Positions 29,501 through 44,324 of a stretch of DNA of 64,000 nucleotides are shown piece after piece. Origin of the DNA: Hormiphora californensis (lineage: Eukaryota > Animalia > Ctenophora); contig CM035356.1 of assembly GCA_020137815.1 (NCBI GenBank), forward strand, positions 6,572,001 through 6,636,000, in the 5' to 3' direction. The stretch's first letter is position 1; each line of letters starts with the position of its first letter. The notes beneath the pieces are model-generated. The model saw only the letters and a list, made by a program, of their open reading frames with translations, ran no database searches and had not been told where the DNA came from. Both the position numbers and the translations under genes were made by a program.

Positions 29501-32500
29501 TTGGGCAGAGGTTCCCCAGGGGAATAACCCCTATTTTTGCGAGAGAAGGTAACCTCCGTCCGACCAATATGGGATGTTGGACAGGAGGGCTGTTTTAAAG
29601 GCTACAGCTGCCGGGTGATTACAAATCATGGGTTGCCATAATTGAGGGAGGCTAGTTCTCTGGCGTAGAATTTACCCCCATAATTAAATGGGAGACAGCC
29701 GAAGGGTCATCAGGCATGCCTAGTAGGCAGAGGCCCTCGGTGATTACAAATCATGGGTTGCCATGTGTAACAAGGTTACTGGCTGGGGTGAGATTATCAG
29801 TTCAACCGGGATCCTCACTAAGACTCAGCCCGACGACCGACCGACAAACGATCGATCAACGACTGATATCAATCGTCAACCAACCGCTCATCAATCGACC
29901 GCCGAAACAAATCCCAGCAGGGACCAGCCGCACTGCAAGAGCTCGGTGCCATAGTTGAGTTCGGCAAGGTCTCTGGCAAAGTTTACTCCCCAAGATTGGG
30001 GAGAGAGCCGGTGTGATTTGACCGTAATCACTGGACCATCAGCCAACCAGGTCCACGGCAACGGGACTGAGCTCGAAGAACTCAGCTGGCACGAAGAACC
30101 TGAGTTCCCCCCGCTGAGTCCCTAATGTAAATACCAGGAACCGACCGTCACAAGTAAACAACCAATCAGAACTCGATATTTTGGTCACGTGAATGGTTAT
30201 CAGCCAATCAGGGACCAGTATTTCCTGATTCGGTCGGTTCCTGCTAACATACCTGTAAAGTTGTAGAAGGCAAACATGTCATCAGTTTTTGTTGTAAATG
30301 TAACGTTCCCACTAGTCACCTTGACTAAAAAACACCCTGGTTTCATCACCTAAATGGCAAGGTGTGTAAGTTATCGACCATTACCAACTTATAATAAACC
30401 ATCCTCAAATCCTTGCCAAAAAGTTACGCAAGTCGCAAACCGACCTTATCCCGTCCTATTAAACAAACCTTACCCTGCCAGGTGAATGCTCTGGCAAAAC
30501 AAACCTTATTGTTTGGTTGGAACACATTCTCCCAGTTCACTTCAACATAGTCCTTGCTGACACTACGTATTGTGACATTTCCAATTATCTCTGGGGCTGC
30601 AGGGAGAGAGTAGTTAGCTATCTTGCGCCGCCGACCCCATCTGAGCGCACTGTCGCGCGCTCAGATTTGAGAATCAAATTGGGGTATGGGCGCCGCCATA
30701 CAGGTTAGAGGTTTAGGAGGGAGTCAGGGATAGAAAGAAAGTGTCGTCAGATTTAGGAAAGGACAGAGATAGGGATAGAAAAATACGAGGTTGTATTTAC
30801 TCGACATGTTCCCAAATCTGTCGGCTCTCGTACGAGCATGGCAAGTTTGTTTACCTTTCCCAGGCGTAGAGACTATCTTTTCTTCTTTGATGGTCGTCGT
30901 ATAGAACACATAAAGGTACCTGAAAAGGGTAGAATTGCTAGAGAAGGAAATTGTTGCCTTGTTCGACCCTCCTTCCCCGAATAAAATAAAATAAAAAGAG
31001 TTTGAACAAAACAAGGAAATTGATGGAAAGGAGGCACGTGAAAGCAGCTGGCAGCTCAGCTGCCCAATCTGATTTCTAGTTTATCGATTGTTAGAGAAGC
31101 AAATTTTTCACCAAGGACCAAGGTCTTACTTGGAGAAGTGTTCAATGGTATCGTTATGGAAGAGAGTGTTCCGTTCCATCAGCTTAGTATTGACTCTCCT
31201 AGGTCTTCCAATTGTGTTACAGCTGTTCATCTCGCAATGGGCACGAAGCAACAGACCTATCATAGCAGGAAGGGTTATTATTATAGCTAGAGCTGGAATA
31301 TACACCTGCTGACACGGACTAAAGACTATCTTTCTCTCTCTCTCTTTTTCTCCCTCTTTATGGCCCTAATGCTGCATTAATGCATCGTAACCCATTGTTT
31401 CACTCACGACTCTCTCCCTTGAGTGCAAATTTAACACCAAGAAAGGCTTCGCTAAAAGCCTTTCTACCTGCAAGCTATCTACCCACTCTCTACTTAACAC
31501 TTGGAAATATATGGAGCTATTAGCCTACTACGAGTAAAGAACACGTTTCCTCCCCATTTTGTTGTCTTCAAAATATTCCTCTCAGTTGTTTTAGTTCTCG
31601 ACCCTCTCTTACCATGCCCCGGTAAACATTACCCTCAGTTTACTATAACAAGCGAGAGAGGACTACTCATATTCGGCATGCGACTCAACTTAGTTTTGTC
31701 ATCCTATTTATCTGTGCGGCGGCGCCATACCCCATTTGACAGTGCGCTCAGATGGGGTCGCAGCGCCAGACAGCTCATTATCATTATGTTATCTCATTCA
31801 CACACCAGTGCTGAGAGAACTACCACCCAGAACTATGTATTACGTGTACTACAACTGTTTACAGTAAACATGGGACTTGTCACCCAGAACTATGTGTATT
31901 ACGTGTGGGAGTATGGACGGTTCCACTGTGCCTCTTCTCCAGGTGTATATCATCTGATACATGGATTATCATCGTGAGGTTTAGGTCAGCTCCAACCCTG
32001 GTGTAGAAGGTCACCTCACTCCTCTTGTCCTTCTCAAACTCTGTTAGATTGTAACCTGCCGGGGAAATGGTGTTTCAGAGGTGGGATGGGGGGGGGGGTG
32101 GTGGTGATTCAGTTAGCTTATAACCTGGGGAGAGGTGAAATGGTGAATCAAACCTCTATTTACCATGTACCTCGATTGCATTTATCATTCCCCCAAAGAC
32201 TCCAGTAAATCGAGGTTTGACTCTTTTATGATTATGTAGTAATCAGCCACGCAGACAGGGTAGGTAGGGAGATTGGAGAAACATATATACGGTAAAACAT
32301 AATTTCAACCAGGAAGAATATATATTGAGATTTCTCAGAAATATTCTTTCTCATTTTCTCTCCACTCACTCGTCTGCACAGACCCTGCCCACACCACTTT
32401 AATTTTTATTCAACAAACACGTGTGACCACGCCTTCTGCGTGACTAAATCAGACATATTTAATTTGATAAACTAGGGGTCGATTGTTTTTACAAATTTTG

Positions 32501-32852
32501 AAGACTTCTTAGGAAGTCAGAGGTACAGCAGTGGTTTGTGACTTTATGTTTACTAAAAGTGGTCTGATTTGTTTTCAATTACATACTTCGTCGAGAGCCA
32601 AGAATTCAAATTGTTTGACTTCATGTAATTATTATGCATGGCATCTCTCTCCCATCTCTCTCCAGTCTTCATCTCAGTAATTTTATCTCTCTATCTCTCT
32701 ATCCTCTCTCTTTCTCACTCTCGCTCTTTTACCGCATTCTCAATTATTTCTTTGACATTTCCTTCTTCATTTCTAAGAAGAACAGATCAAGAACCGTATA
32801 AGTTGAGAATGAGCCCAGAAGGAACTAGAAAAAAAATGGAAAAGAGAGAGAG

Positions 32853-32941
<89 letters not shown>

Positions 32942-34850
32942 GAGAGAAAGAGGGACAGAGTGTGAAAGGTAGAGAGAATGAAAATACTAGAGAAAAAGAG
33001 ACAATGAGCTGGGAGAGAGTGATTGAAATTAGGAGAAAGAGCAACAGAAGAAGCCAAGAAGAACAAATCAGATTATAATTTCCAGTCATTATTTAAAATT
33101 CGCGGTAATTTTCACCGCACTAGGCTTAATGAGAGAAATATATGTGCCGGGGGAAGGGATCACATACAAAAGGCCCAAGAATAGAGATCATGGCTGGATA
33201 TTTCAAAGAATTTAAAAAGATGAGAGGGTGAACTGCAGAAAAAAAGTATGCTGCCATTCCCTCTCTTTATCTCTCTCTCTATCTCTATCCCTCCCAATTC
33301 AAATAATTACCTAGGTAACTTTGCGGTAAGGGCGTTACTCTGCTGTGGTCAGACACATGGTCTTCTGATGAATTCCTCGAATGATGGTGGGCTGTTGTCG
33401 CTATCTGTACCACCCGTTACTACTGTCTCATTTCCAGATTTCGTTGTTGTCTGCTCAGGTACTGTCGTTAGTCATCTCCCCCGGTGGTGTCCTTGTTGGT
33501 TCAGCCTGGTTTGTAATTGTGGACTTGTTGTTCCGGGGTTCAGTGGTTGCCTTGCTTACTTTAGCAGCTGTTGTTGTTTTCCCTGCTGCTTCTGTGACAG
33601 GTCCAGTCACATTGGATTTCGCTGTTGATGCGTCTGTAACAGGCCCTGTTACATTGGATTTCCCTGCTGCTTCTGTGACAGGTCCTGTTACATTTCGTTC
33701 TGGGACTGTAACAGCTGTTACATTGACGTGTGACGATGTTGCGTTTGTTACAAAACTTGTCACATTTGCATAGGTTACTACTCTGCCGTTATCTGTTTTG
33801 GCAGCGGTTGTGTTATCTGGTTGACTGGTGGTTGAGTTTTGGGTATCTGGCTGGGTGGTGGTTGAGTTTTGGGTATCTGGTTTAGTTGTAACCACTTTCG
33901 TTGCAGTTGTGGTTTCATTGGAGGCTTGTGTGTCGGTTATTGTCACGGGTTTCCTCGTAGTGCGGGTAGTTGAATTCCTTTGAGGGGCAGTTGTTTTCTG
34001 TTCAGGCCGGGGAGGAGCAGTGGTTTTAGGAGGGGTGGTGATTTGGGGAGTGGTGACTTGGACATCAGGGGCAGTTGTTGGTGCAGTACATGGCTCGTAG
34101 TTTTGTAGAGCGTTGCAACTTGAACAGTCTCCAGAACAACTGAAATGATGAAGATGTTTTAGTTTTTGATAAACGATGATCTTTTAACATTTCTACAGAT
34201 AATCGATATAGTTGCAGGAGCACCGATAAAGACAGGCAGAGATCAGAGAATCATTAAATGAGGAAGTTCGATTGACGTACGTTCTTTTCAGCAAAAAAAA
34301 ACATATTTTTCGACATTGCCTCTCTCTCTAGGTTGTTTGCTCATTCTATCTAGATCCTTTATCTTACCTTGCAGAAAATGTCACATCGTACACTGTTGCA
34401 ACCGAGAAGAGTTCTATTTTAGTTACACCCTCCAAATCCAGGGAGATGGAATGTCTTTTCTCGTCGTCGTAAAAGCGGTGTGAGTTGTGCCTGAGAAATT
34501 GAAAAGTACGTTTTAGGCCAAAAAAGGGATAAAGAAAGTAAACCGCCCTACCGCCAAACAAATCTTTGTAGAAAAGGGGTGTCCATGGCTATCAAAGAAG
34601 TTTAAAACGAGGTGACGAAAACTTAACTACTTTGGCTGATTCAACCGAGTACAAGTTCTATTTTTTCAAAGAGCTGGTAGAGTTCTGTCTAAATCTCCTA
34701 GTACCTTGGTTCCACGGGAATATTGATTCGGGTAGCTCCATTAACTAGGATGTACTTGGAAAAGTCAGTGCCATTAAACCAGGGTACCCGTGCTCCTTCA
34801 TAAAATACTTCATCCATCTTTCCACTGATCGTCAGCCACGCTTTGTTGAC
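26581..34850 (-). CDS. Single-pass membrane protein with a Thr-rich mucin-like stalk; 5' end undetermined; apparent indels
   Basis: GT-AG exons at ~34704-34850, 34368-34490, 33311-34139 (CSGDCSSC, then T/P-rich with many NxT sites), 31905-32055, 30253-30349, 28282-28360, 28006-28118 (TM: AVYLVAWILAAIGIFIFIFIIGCVIYK), 27698-27806, 27512-27577 and 26745-26930. Confidence 0.6.
26940..27265. mobile_element. Foldback MITE built of 10-bp tgttacaaag repeats, ~9-bp TSD
   Basis: ctgtacggg|gggggtgacacgtaacac ... gtgttacgtgtcaccccc|ctgtacggg. The exact boundary is blurred by G/C runs. Confidence 0.8.
30135..30243 (+). mobile_element. MITE family A
   Basis: Full copy with both TIRs. Confidence 0.88.
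30616..31775. mobile_element. ~1.15-kb TIR element with a degraded interior
   Basis: gaccccatctgagcgcactgtc...ggggtatgggcgccgcc versus ggcggcgccatacccc...gacagtgcgctcagatggggtc; related termini at ~44612-44755 and ~27875-27966. Confidence 0.7.
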
Positions 34851-35792
34851 CTGGCGGGAAATGAGAGAATATTATGTTGGGAATGAGGAGATGTGGAGGG
34901 GTTCAGGCGTGACTTTTGCTTGTATAATAAGAGCGAGAGAGAGTTTTAGGCGTGACTTGTGAGAGAGAAACAAACATCATGGCTTGTTTTTATCGAGTCA
35001 GGTGACAGCCCGTGCAGTGGCCTGCAACTTCTGATCAGATTTGAAACCCACCACACACGCGTGCAATATAGCCTACTAGCGAGATAACACATACCAGCTA
35101 GTACAGAGCTGGGTACGTGGCATTATATACCACGCCTATATCATGGGTCCAGCTAATTTGAAATTCTGAAGAACTTTTGACTACCCAGTTTGAATTCTGC
35201 ATTCTCCTTCGTTGTTCTGCATACCACACGGGTGTTGACGCATAAACCCCCGGACCCTGTTGACGTGGAATGTCATACCATATACTACCCTCAATTGCAT
35301 GCAGTGATAAGCAGCACTTTAAATTAGATTTACTAGATAGCCTATACGATAGCCTATACGAGTAGCTTGTTCTGCTTGTGTTCAACTACTAACATATTTC
35401 GTCAAGATGATTCTTTAATTTGCGTATGCTCTTTTGTGATCGTCTACAGGTGTGACGTGTGAAGCCCCCCCCCCCCCGTATGAACTGTCATGTTTCTTAA
35501 AATCTTGATATGATATATGAGGTGGGAAGAAAGGTATAATAGGAGATGTTGTATCACTAGAAATTGTAAAGACATGTCTAGACTAAAAGATATTGCAGAG
35601 AATATATGAGAAAGAAAGAAAAACTCATTTCCCTACAGTATCAGTATTATGTGACTGTCAACTTCAGAACTGAAGCAGCTTGCATTGTTCTATTGAATCT
35701 CAAAGTGCGTGACACTCGCGTGATCAACTCTATTATTTGGACCCTTTTGTTTCACTTTGAATCAGCTACTTCTTTCTCTTTTTGTCTTGACA

Positions 35793-35833
<41 letters not shown>

Positions 35834-36003
35834 TGTATTAATAGGAAGAAAGAAAGAGGGAGAGAGACAGACAGGCAAAGATGGATATCGGAGCTGAATT
35901 GTCATGTCTGTGTGTGTGTGCTTTATTAAAAAGTGAGAAACCTGCATGATTGTCAAAAACCAATCAAAATGATCATGCATCACTTCACCCTACCACTAAG
36001 TTA

Positions 36004-36134
36004 TAGCGGCATCACTTCACCGCCCAGTCGCGAATTTAGCGGCATCACTTCACCGCCCAGTCGCGAATTTAGCGGCATCACTTCACCCAGTCGCGAATTT
36101 AGCGGCATCATTTCACCGCCCAGTCGAGCGGCAT
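36004..36134 (+). repeat. 33-bp minisatellite, ~4 copies
   Basis: tagcggcatcacttcaccgcccagtcgcgaatt is repeated without spacers. Confidence 0.9.
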
Positions 36135-36797
36135 TCTCAGTTAGGATAGTATACTGTCACGTTGTAGCTTGTACGTTGTTCTAGAGATTTCTGTATGTGT
36201 TTATAATACACACGTACAAACACAGACGATGCTTGTTTACATGTGTATTGAACTTCCTATTCTAAAATTCCGAAATCCAAGAAAAAACCGGCCCAGAAGT
36301 TTTGAACTCTTTGGCACCCGTTCAAACTATTGTCACATACAATGTGGCGGGGTTCCTGTAATAAAATTATTTAGTTAGAGTCTCTCACACATGCATGTTT
36401 TCATAAGTCAATCAGTCGACCCAAGCCCAATTAAATATAGTGGATGTTGCCAACTCCTACCTCTCCTTCTTAACCGAGCTCTCTCTCTCTGCTTCTGGCA
36501 CGTTTAAATAATCACTGTCTCCATCGATTATATTAATTGATATATATCGATTGCAACAGATCGTGCAGATTTCAAAAGTGGCCTGATGATTCTCTAGGAA
36601 GTCATTGATCGTATAATTCCAAATTACCTCGATATAGGATCGGGCGTTTATTTCCTTCGGCGTTCTTCTACAACTTGTCCTATTTCTGATCTACGATTTT
36701 TGCTTGAATATTATTTCATACTGCCCTCTAGGTTATGTATGTACATTGTATAGTGTACAGCGTACACTGTGTACAGTGAATAATGTACAGTGTACAG

Positions 36798-37616
36798 TAG
36801 GGTGTGCTAAGTGAAAATTTTGTCGACTTGGCCAATAGGTTAAGGGTAGATATGAAACTATGGACAATTGTCTACTAAATCCTGAAAACGGAATTGAGGT
36901 AGTGTATGTCAATTACGTGGGCCAGGCGATTAAAAAACTTTACTTTTTTACCGAAAAAAGGAAAATATGTGTGTTTTACACCAGTGTTTGGCATGTTCTT
37001 GATATCAACTTTTTATAGACAGGGTCGTGTTCAGCGGTTTGATACCGATCAGAATGGATGTGTATCATGAAAGTTAACCAAAGTTCATTTTTGACCTGAA
37101 AATGTTCATTTTGGACCAAAAATGTTCATTTTTGACTAAAAATGTTCATTTTGGTCATTTTCTTCGATTTTGAGAGCTTTTTCATGAACGGGATCGTGTT
37201 CAGCAGGTCAAAATTAGTCGGTTACAACCGGAATTTGCATTCCGACAAATAAAATCTCAAAAAGTTAAAATTCGTCTCCACTAACACTGCAAAGTAGGAA
37301 AATGTGCAAGAAAAAAAGATGAAAAAAAAATGTTTCATTATAAAATGGAGTTCTGAAGGTGCAGACTGGAAATAATGGTTGTACTGAGTCTCATGAGGCG
37401 ATTCATATGTGTGGTTTTTTCGAAATAACGCCCCAAAAAACATTTTTTGATATGAATATGCCCATATATGGGCATATATCGGCCCACGTAATTGGGCCAG
37501 GGTAGGACTAAAATTTTTTTACCAAATGTTTTAGAATGATCGTAGGAACTCATTCTAGGGGTAAACTATGTGAAAATTGGATTTGATTTATGAGTTGGAA
37601 AAAATAGCACACCCTG
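36798..37616. mobile_element. ~820-bp non-autonomous TIR element
   Basis: tacag|tagggtgtgcta ... tagcacaccctg|tacag (5-bp TSD, or TA TSD with a small insertion). Confidence 0.65.
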
Positions 37617-37639
37617 TACAGTGAATATTGTACATTGTA

Positions 37640-38266
37640 CTGGGTGTTCATTTTGGATCTTTACAAGCGTTGGCCTTCACCCAGAAAAAAGTTGACAAGA
37701 TCAGGTCATGAAACTTCATACTTGGACCATTCTATACCCTCATTCAAGGTTACTGGGGGTTTTGGAGCTCTAGCACCCCGGGAAGTGTGGTTTTGGCATC
37801 AAAACTACCGGAAGGAATTTTTTGCTGGTGCTGACACTTTGCTAAAATGTTTTTTGGGTATTTTCTATGTCAATCCTAAAGTTTCATGGAGATTGGATGT
37901 GTTTTTCGGACTCAAAATTTCGATAAAAGTGGCTGGAAAGGCTCAAAAACGGCTCAAAAACGGCTAAAATTGAGTCTTTCCAGCCACTTTTTGAGTCTGA
38001 AAAACACATCCAATCTCTATGAAACTTTAGGATTGACATAGAAAATACCCAAAAAACATTTTAGCAAAGTCTCAGCACCAGCAAAAAATTCCTTCCGGTA
38101 GTTTTGATGCCAAAAACATACTTCCAAGGGTGCTAGAGCTCCAAAACCCCCAGGAACCTTGAATGAGGGTATAGAATAGTCCAAGTATGAAGTTTCATGA
38201 CCTAATCTTGTCAACTTTTTTCTGGGTGAAGCCCAACGCTTGTAAAGATCCAAAATGAACACCGTG
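37640..38266. mobile_element. TA-flanked foldback MITE with ~300-bp arms
   Basis: ta|ctgggtgttcattttggatc ... gatccaaaatgaacaccgtg|ta; mirror ORFs 37635-37967 and 38017-38361. Confidence 0.88.
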
Positions 38267-39274
38267 TACACTCTCCGTTTAATCTTGTATGTGGCAACAC
38301 ATTTCAGAAGTTCCCCTGAACCAGAACTCTTTCCCATGCCACCTCGTCTTGTCTGGTTCACATGCAGCTACACGACCTCGCTCTTTTGTCCCACACCACT
38401 ATTTTAACTGTTACAATATAGCCAGCTCTGTGTCCCACGACGTACGTCAATTTGATCTGCGTCGTGTGTGTTCGATATATAGGTCCGTGAAATATTGACA
38501 GTTTTATGAAGTGTGTAGCAGCTCAGCACATGGTACGTCTTATTATTACCAGATATATTTCAATATATACTGGGCTTTATACGAGCATACTGCTCCAGCT
38601 AAATAACCCTGCGGTTAAATCTGATTTGGAATACCTATTAGCTATATTAATTCCGGGAAGTTTCAGAATTCCTAATATACTGTCTGTTCTAGACCACACC
38701 GCCTGATAAAAAGACAGAATGTCTGACCCAATGTATAATGCTATTTTTGATTTTCTCTCGCAATCAATAATTCAGTTAATTATTATCAACGGTAGTTTAC
38801 TATTACACTGAGTGTTCTCATGATAGGTACCTGGTACAACAATTAAAAAGGGCTTGGTATAGCTCCTAAATACTTAAAGTCAACTTCTGCACTGAGAAAT
38901 ATGCAAACGAGAGTTGTCTATTGAATTAGAGCCATTCGAAGACACATACTGCTAATGGCAATGCGTGCGGTTAAGCATTTATTCTTTTCGAATTCAGTCA
39001 TTGTTTCATATACAATATGCAGCAATATTTTGCTAACTATATTGATAAGTATATTAGTTATGAGGTGCAAGTTTTACAATAATGAATACAATGACACTGT
39101 CTGTATAGATAAAAGATGCTACGTATTCGCACTTTACATATTGTTGAGTAAAGGCCGGTGGAGCAAGTTGTTGTATTGAGGATCAGTAGTTTGTTATGTT
39201 CTAACCCTCCCTTTACATTTGTAAAGGGGCTCGCGAAACAGGGTCTAGCTACTGCTAGGCAATCATTATTATAG

Positions 39275-39534
39275 TAAGGGGAAACTCTAACTGAATGCAC
39301 GCGCAGTAATGGCAGCCCATCAACTGGAAAACTCTCACTGATAATGGGAGCCATCACTCTGGGCGCGCCAGGATTTGCCACAAATTTTGCCAAAAAAAGG
39401 CTTTTACGTAGCGTGCGATGACAAACACACGAACATGGCCGCGCATTCTGTCCATCATTCCTTCCATCCAATTAGAGTTTTACCAGTGATGGGACGCCAT
39501 TACTGCGTGTGCATTCAGTTAGAGTTTCCCCTAA
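39275..39534. mobile_element. MITE (AGGGGAAACTCTA termini)
   Basis: ggggaaactctaactgaatgcac.cgcagtaatggc and its inverse; a related element lies at 61319-61546. Confidence 0.8.
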
Positions 39535-39544
39535 TGTAAGAACG

Positions 39545-39720
39545 TTCTACTTTTTTTCTATGTCACTCGACTTTTGGGCTGTGCCGCTCTACTTTTTTCT
39601 ATGTCGCTCCACTTTTGGGCTATGACGCTCTACTTTTTTCTATGTCGCTCGAATTTTGGGCTATGACGCTCTACTTTTTTCTATGTCGCTCCACTTTTGA
39701 ACTGTGACGCTCTACTTTTG
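39545..39720 (+). repeat. 41-bp tandem repeat, ~4 copies
   Basis: ctctacttttttctatgtcgctc.acttttgggctatgacg is repeated. Confidence 0.85.
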
Positions 39721-41484
39721 TCCGAAACGTTGTCAGAAGCTTGCCCATATATGGTGCTGGGCCGCTTAGCCCCAAACGTCCTTACATTACTACTCAAGTC
39801 GTACAATATAATAGGTAATTACCGCGGCCCGCAATAGCTACTCAGGTGACTCATTCATTCACAGTACATTCCCCGATAGACCCCTCCCTTTTTATTGGCC
39901 CACGCAGTAATAAGGTTTGAAGCTTTTGAGTCGCCTGACACTGTGTCTGCGCATGAACAATTCAATGAAGCTTGATGGGTATTCTATAGAATGATCTACC
40001 AGATATTACAGTTGTGTCTTATTATCATCCAATCAGTTTGTAAATCTCATTCTGTACAATCAATGATTGCAATATCTCTACCTTCATTTCCTACACTGTT
40101 GAATTTCTTTATCGATTCCAATATATCAGCTGTACATTCGTCTTCAACATAGCTTCTTCTCTCCATATCCCTGCTATTAGCTCTCTCTGTTATTCTTTCT
40201 CTGATCTCTCCCTCTCTCTGCCCTTCATTTCCTTTTCTCTCTCTGCCCTTCCTTTCATTTTCTAGATCCATCACCATGCCTACATCTTTATTATTACTGT
40301 CTTTGCAGCTCAATTCCTATTATATTCCCCTGTCTTTGCAGCTCTTCCTATTATATTCCCCTGCAATCTGCATTGTCTAGACACGCAATCCTAAAGATCT
40401 CTTAGATCTCGTTTTAAACAGCTCGTAGTACACTAAATAAAAGTAAAGTACATACTGCTGTAGTAATGGACGCATGTGTAAAGCAAAGCATAATCAGTTT
40501 CATCTCCAGACTCCATCCTCATAAAATTTCACATCCCATTCCCATGATTTCTTTTGATGATTTGTAATTTGAAGACTCAATCCAGTTTGGTTGCAGGGTA
40601 CACAAATCAATTATATTACGACCGTTTTAATATTTAAACCGGCGCGAGCCCTAAAATACTGAATCAAGATTCCGCCTAATCGCGATTATAAACATCATTA
40701 CATGCTCATATAATTATACCGAAGCAAAATTGCAATCCTAAATTAGAATTCTCTCTATCTCTCATTGCTTTCTGTCTCTAGCCTCGGGATTTTTAATTTA
40801 GTTTATTCCGTTTTAACAACCCTCACTCACGTGCTTTCCTGTTTTCAGCAACTCCCTAATTTACCTTCTGCTTTACTTCTAATCACTCGGGGGCAATAAA
40901 AGAAAGCTAAAAATCTCTAACTCGACATAATTTAACATTTTCCTGTTCTAAAAATCGCAGTTCCTTACAATTTGCAGGGTGATCTCTCTCCTAGAAACGA
41001 TCTCAAATCAGCTCCTACCAAAGTCTACTCCAATCAATCTCTCTTAATGGTCTTCTAAATTTAGAAACCAAGATACCTCTTGTCTATTTTTAGCTCCTCC
41101 CTCTTTATAATACCCAATCTCCCATGTCTCTAATATATTGTACAACAATAGGTCTACGTCACGCACCCTCCTCTTGTATATGCTCTCAACTATCTCAGTA
41201 GCCCATCTGGCTCTCACCATCTATCATTATATCGCTCTCTACTCTCCGTCCCTGTGTGTCTTTGTTTTACTGTCTACTTAAGCTGTCTCGCTATGGACGT
41301 CACACACTACTTGTAAATATACAAACACTCTCTCTTCCGCCCTCTACTAGCTCCTTTCAGTTTTGTATCTCTCTCCTTGTGCAAGGAACTTGTTCTCTCT
41401 TTTAGTAGGAGACCGCACCCCCGTACCATGATATAAAGTGTTTACGTAGCGTGCCTAACAACATACACATGGTCGTGAGAGACA

Positions 41485-41726
<242 letters not shown>

Positions 41727-42090
41727 TGATTACGCTTTAGGCTTGTTAGTATGTTGTAACAACATTTCTTTTATTTCTTGAAGATGATATATATGCCCAT
41801 TTGTCAACTAATTATCCTCCCTGCCTTCCCTCTTTTTCTAGCAAGCTTATCTTTACATAACTTGTAGCATACGGCCTCAAGCAACGAATCTAATATGGCT
41901 TGTTTTGTTATAACCTCAGTTGACAACTTGCAGAATATTAACTCCTTACTTTCTATAGCTAATATGGGTCGCAGACTATATAATATTCTCTTAACCTACT
42001 ATGATAACAGAGCCTTGATCGCTACGGGTAATGTCGTACGCAAACGTATGTGACCTCCCTCCCGTGAGGATCATTTCTTGTTCGCCGAGA

Positions 42091-42130
<40 letters not shown>

Positions 42131-43643
42131 TAGGTTGCCAAGAAAAGTATAATTAGGGTACAATTAGGGTTTATTAGGACTAATTCTTAGCCTACATAAT
42201 TAGGTCACAAAATCATTACAGTGAGTTGGTGTGATAGAGAGAAGGGAGAGAAGGGGGAGAGAGAAGGGAGAGAGAAAGTAGAGAATGTAGAGAATGGAGA
42301 GAAGGCCGGAGAGATAGGAAAGAAGAAGAGCTGCAATTATATAGACTCCATCTTTCCTCATCTCTTACTACTATTTTTGTACAAATTAATGCATTTCCAC
42401 AGCTCCCGGTAGACTCCAATGTTTGTGTGTGTGTGTGTGCTGTAAACGCTTTCCGCGACAGTTTTACATGAGTTACATCATTTGTAAAAACCCCCATGTG
42501 TTGTCTTCCCTCTTACTCAACAACCCATGTGTGTGTTGTGTAACCTCTTTACAGATTGATCATGTGAATTGTGAAGTAGATGAAACATCTGTCATCTCTT
42601 GCTGCTGGGGCAGAGTATGAGGGCTTTATCTCCCTGATCACCCCTTCCCTCTATTAAAAGTGTCGTCATTTTGAGCTTGCTACAAGTCTTCAAAGCAATT
42701 TGTTACCGCGAATAATGCAAGATCTTCAACAATTAGCCATTCTTAAAGGGTAGCTCTATATATTGTATGACGTAAACCACTTTTGTTGATTTCCAAAACC
42801 ACACTTTTGAACCTAAGTGTGAATTATTCATGACAGAGCTCCTTACGGCCTAGTGGTGTATAATATAACAGACACACACACACACACACACACATATTCA
42901 TGATATTGCATTGTCTTATATAAGACTGTCCTCTCCGCACCGGACCGTGAGAGAAGTGTGCGAGATAAAAACAAAACTTGCACCACACCTGTTACAACCA
43001 CTACTTCACAGTTCTGCGGTTTTCCACTTACAATATTTTTTGCGTAAAATAGCTGCCACATTTTTAATTATTAACCGTTGCAATACTGCCGTGTGTACTA
43101 TAATTGATACTTTAATTCATATGGCTAATTAGAGAGCTCGTTAACATAACTTGGCAATAGCTCATCATGTAATATATATCTCAGTGATTCAAAGATAATG
43201 TGAAGTCACGTAGGGGGAAATGCTGGGATAATTACTCACTCTTTGTCTTTTAATTATTTTCATCTAAATGCCTTTACTGTCTTCAATTCTTAATTCTCAT
43301 TGTATTTTGTTGGTTTCTTCCTGAGCCTCATACAAACAAAAAGAGTTGGTATCCTACCGAGGCGGAGGTGGATTCTACTGATTCCTATACGACTAAGTGG
43401 GACAGTAACTGGGAAACCCATCCCGTTAACAAGTCATCCTTTCCCTTGCTCAACGACTCTATTAGTTCACGCTTTACAAGCATCATGATAGCACCATATT
43501 AGCTCATCTTATTATTTGCACCCCGCGAGAGAATCTGCAGCTCAGAGAGAGACAAATTGATCACCAACATTCCCCTGCTAGTGACAGGTGTCCATGTCTA
43601 ATAGCACAACCCCACCCCTTGACTTAAATGATTTGTAAGGAAC

Positions 43644-43869
43644 TAAAGTCGGATTTTTTGAAACTGTCACCCCCCTGGAGTTTTCAAATTTCTTTAAATG
43701 ACCATAAGTCCGGTTCCTGATGAGATAGAGACTTGAAATTTGGAGGTTACGAAGATCTTGCTAAGTTCTTCCGAACCTCCAAATTTCAAGTCGCTATCTT
43801 ATCAGGAACCGGAGATATGACAAATTTTGTTATTTCAGGGGGGTGACAGTTTCAAAAAATCCGACTTTA
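43644..43869. mobile_element. MITE with TAAAGTCGGA termini and an internal hairpin
   Basis: taaagtcggattttttgaaactgtcaccccc / gggggtgacagtttcaaaaaatccgacttta. Confidence 0.85.
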
Positions 43870-44324
43870 CGTGAAGAATATTACCTGATATAGTATTACC
43901 TAATATTGTATTTGTAACGCGTTTTCAAAAAACAGATAATATTTTTAGACTGTTGGAGTTTCATATTGGAACTTACTTTATTCAGTCGAAAATACTTCCG
44001 CTCCCCCCCCCCCCCCAATTGTATTGCTTGGCCTAGAATTGGCCCCAATGCGCTTACTAGCGCTGTGATATTCTTGCATTTCCACAGTTTCACAGTTTCC
44101 ATAATCCATATTGTGCTCAATTTGATATTTTATTTTAGTCTACCCCAGTTCAAAAACATCAATAACTTAGTACACTTCCCAGTTCAAAGGCCTATTATAT
44201 CGACTTGTAACCTCCTGTTATTCCCTGTTATTATTTGTTTTGTTCAAACCCGGGGCGCGGGGAAACAGGGTCTAAGTTATTACCCAGTTATTATCTACCC
44301 ACCCAATATATTGTAGCCCAAACC

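Noticed and set aside
29050-30120. Retroelement coding remnant in an intron
   Set aside because: Contains a 27-bp direct repeat and coding-like composition, but I could not identify any RT, integrase or transposase motif.
33330-33470. Pseudogenisation of the mucin-like gene
   Set aside because: The frameshifts are single-base indels near a long microsatellite in an assembly with other probable indel errors.
36004-36134. CRISPR-like array (also 39545-39720 and 58350-58775)
   Set aside because: Contiguous tandem units without unique spacers, in a eukaryotic context with no cas genes.
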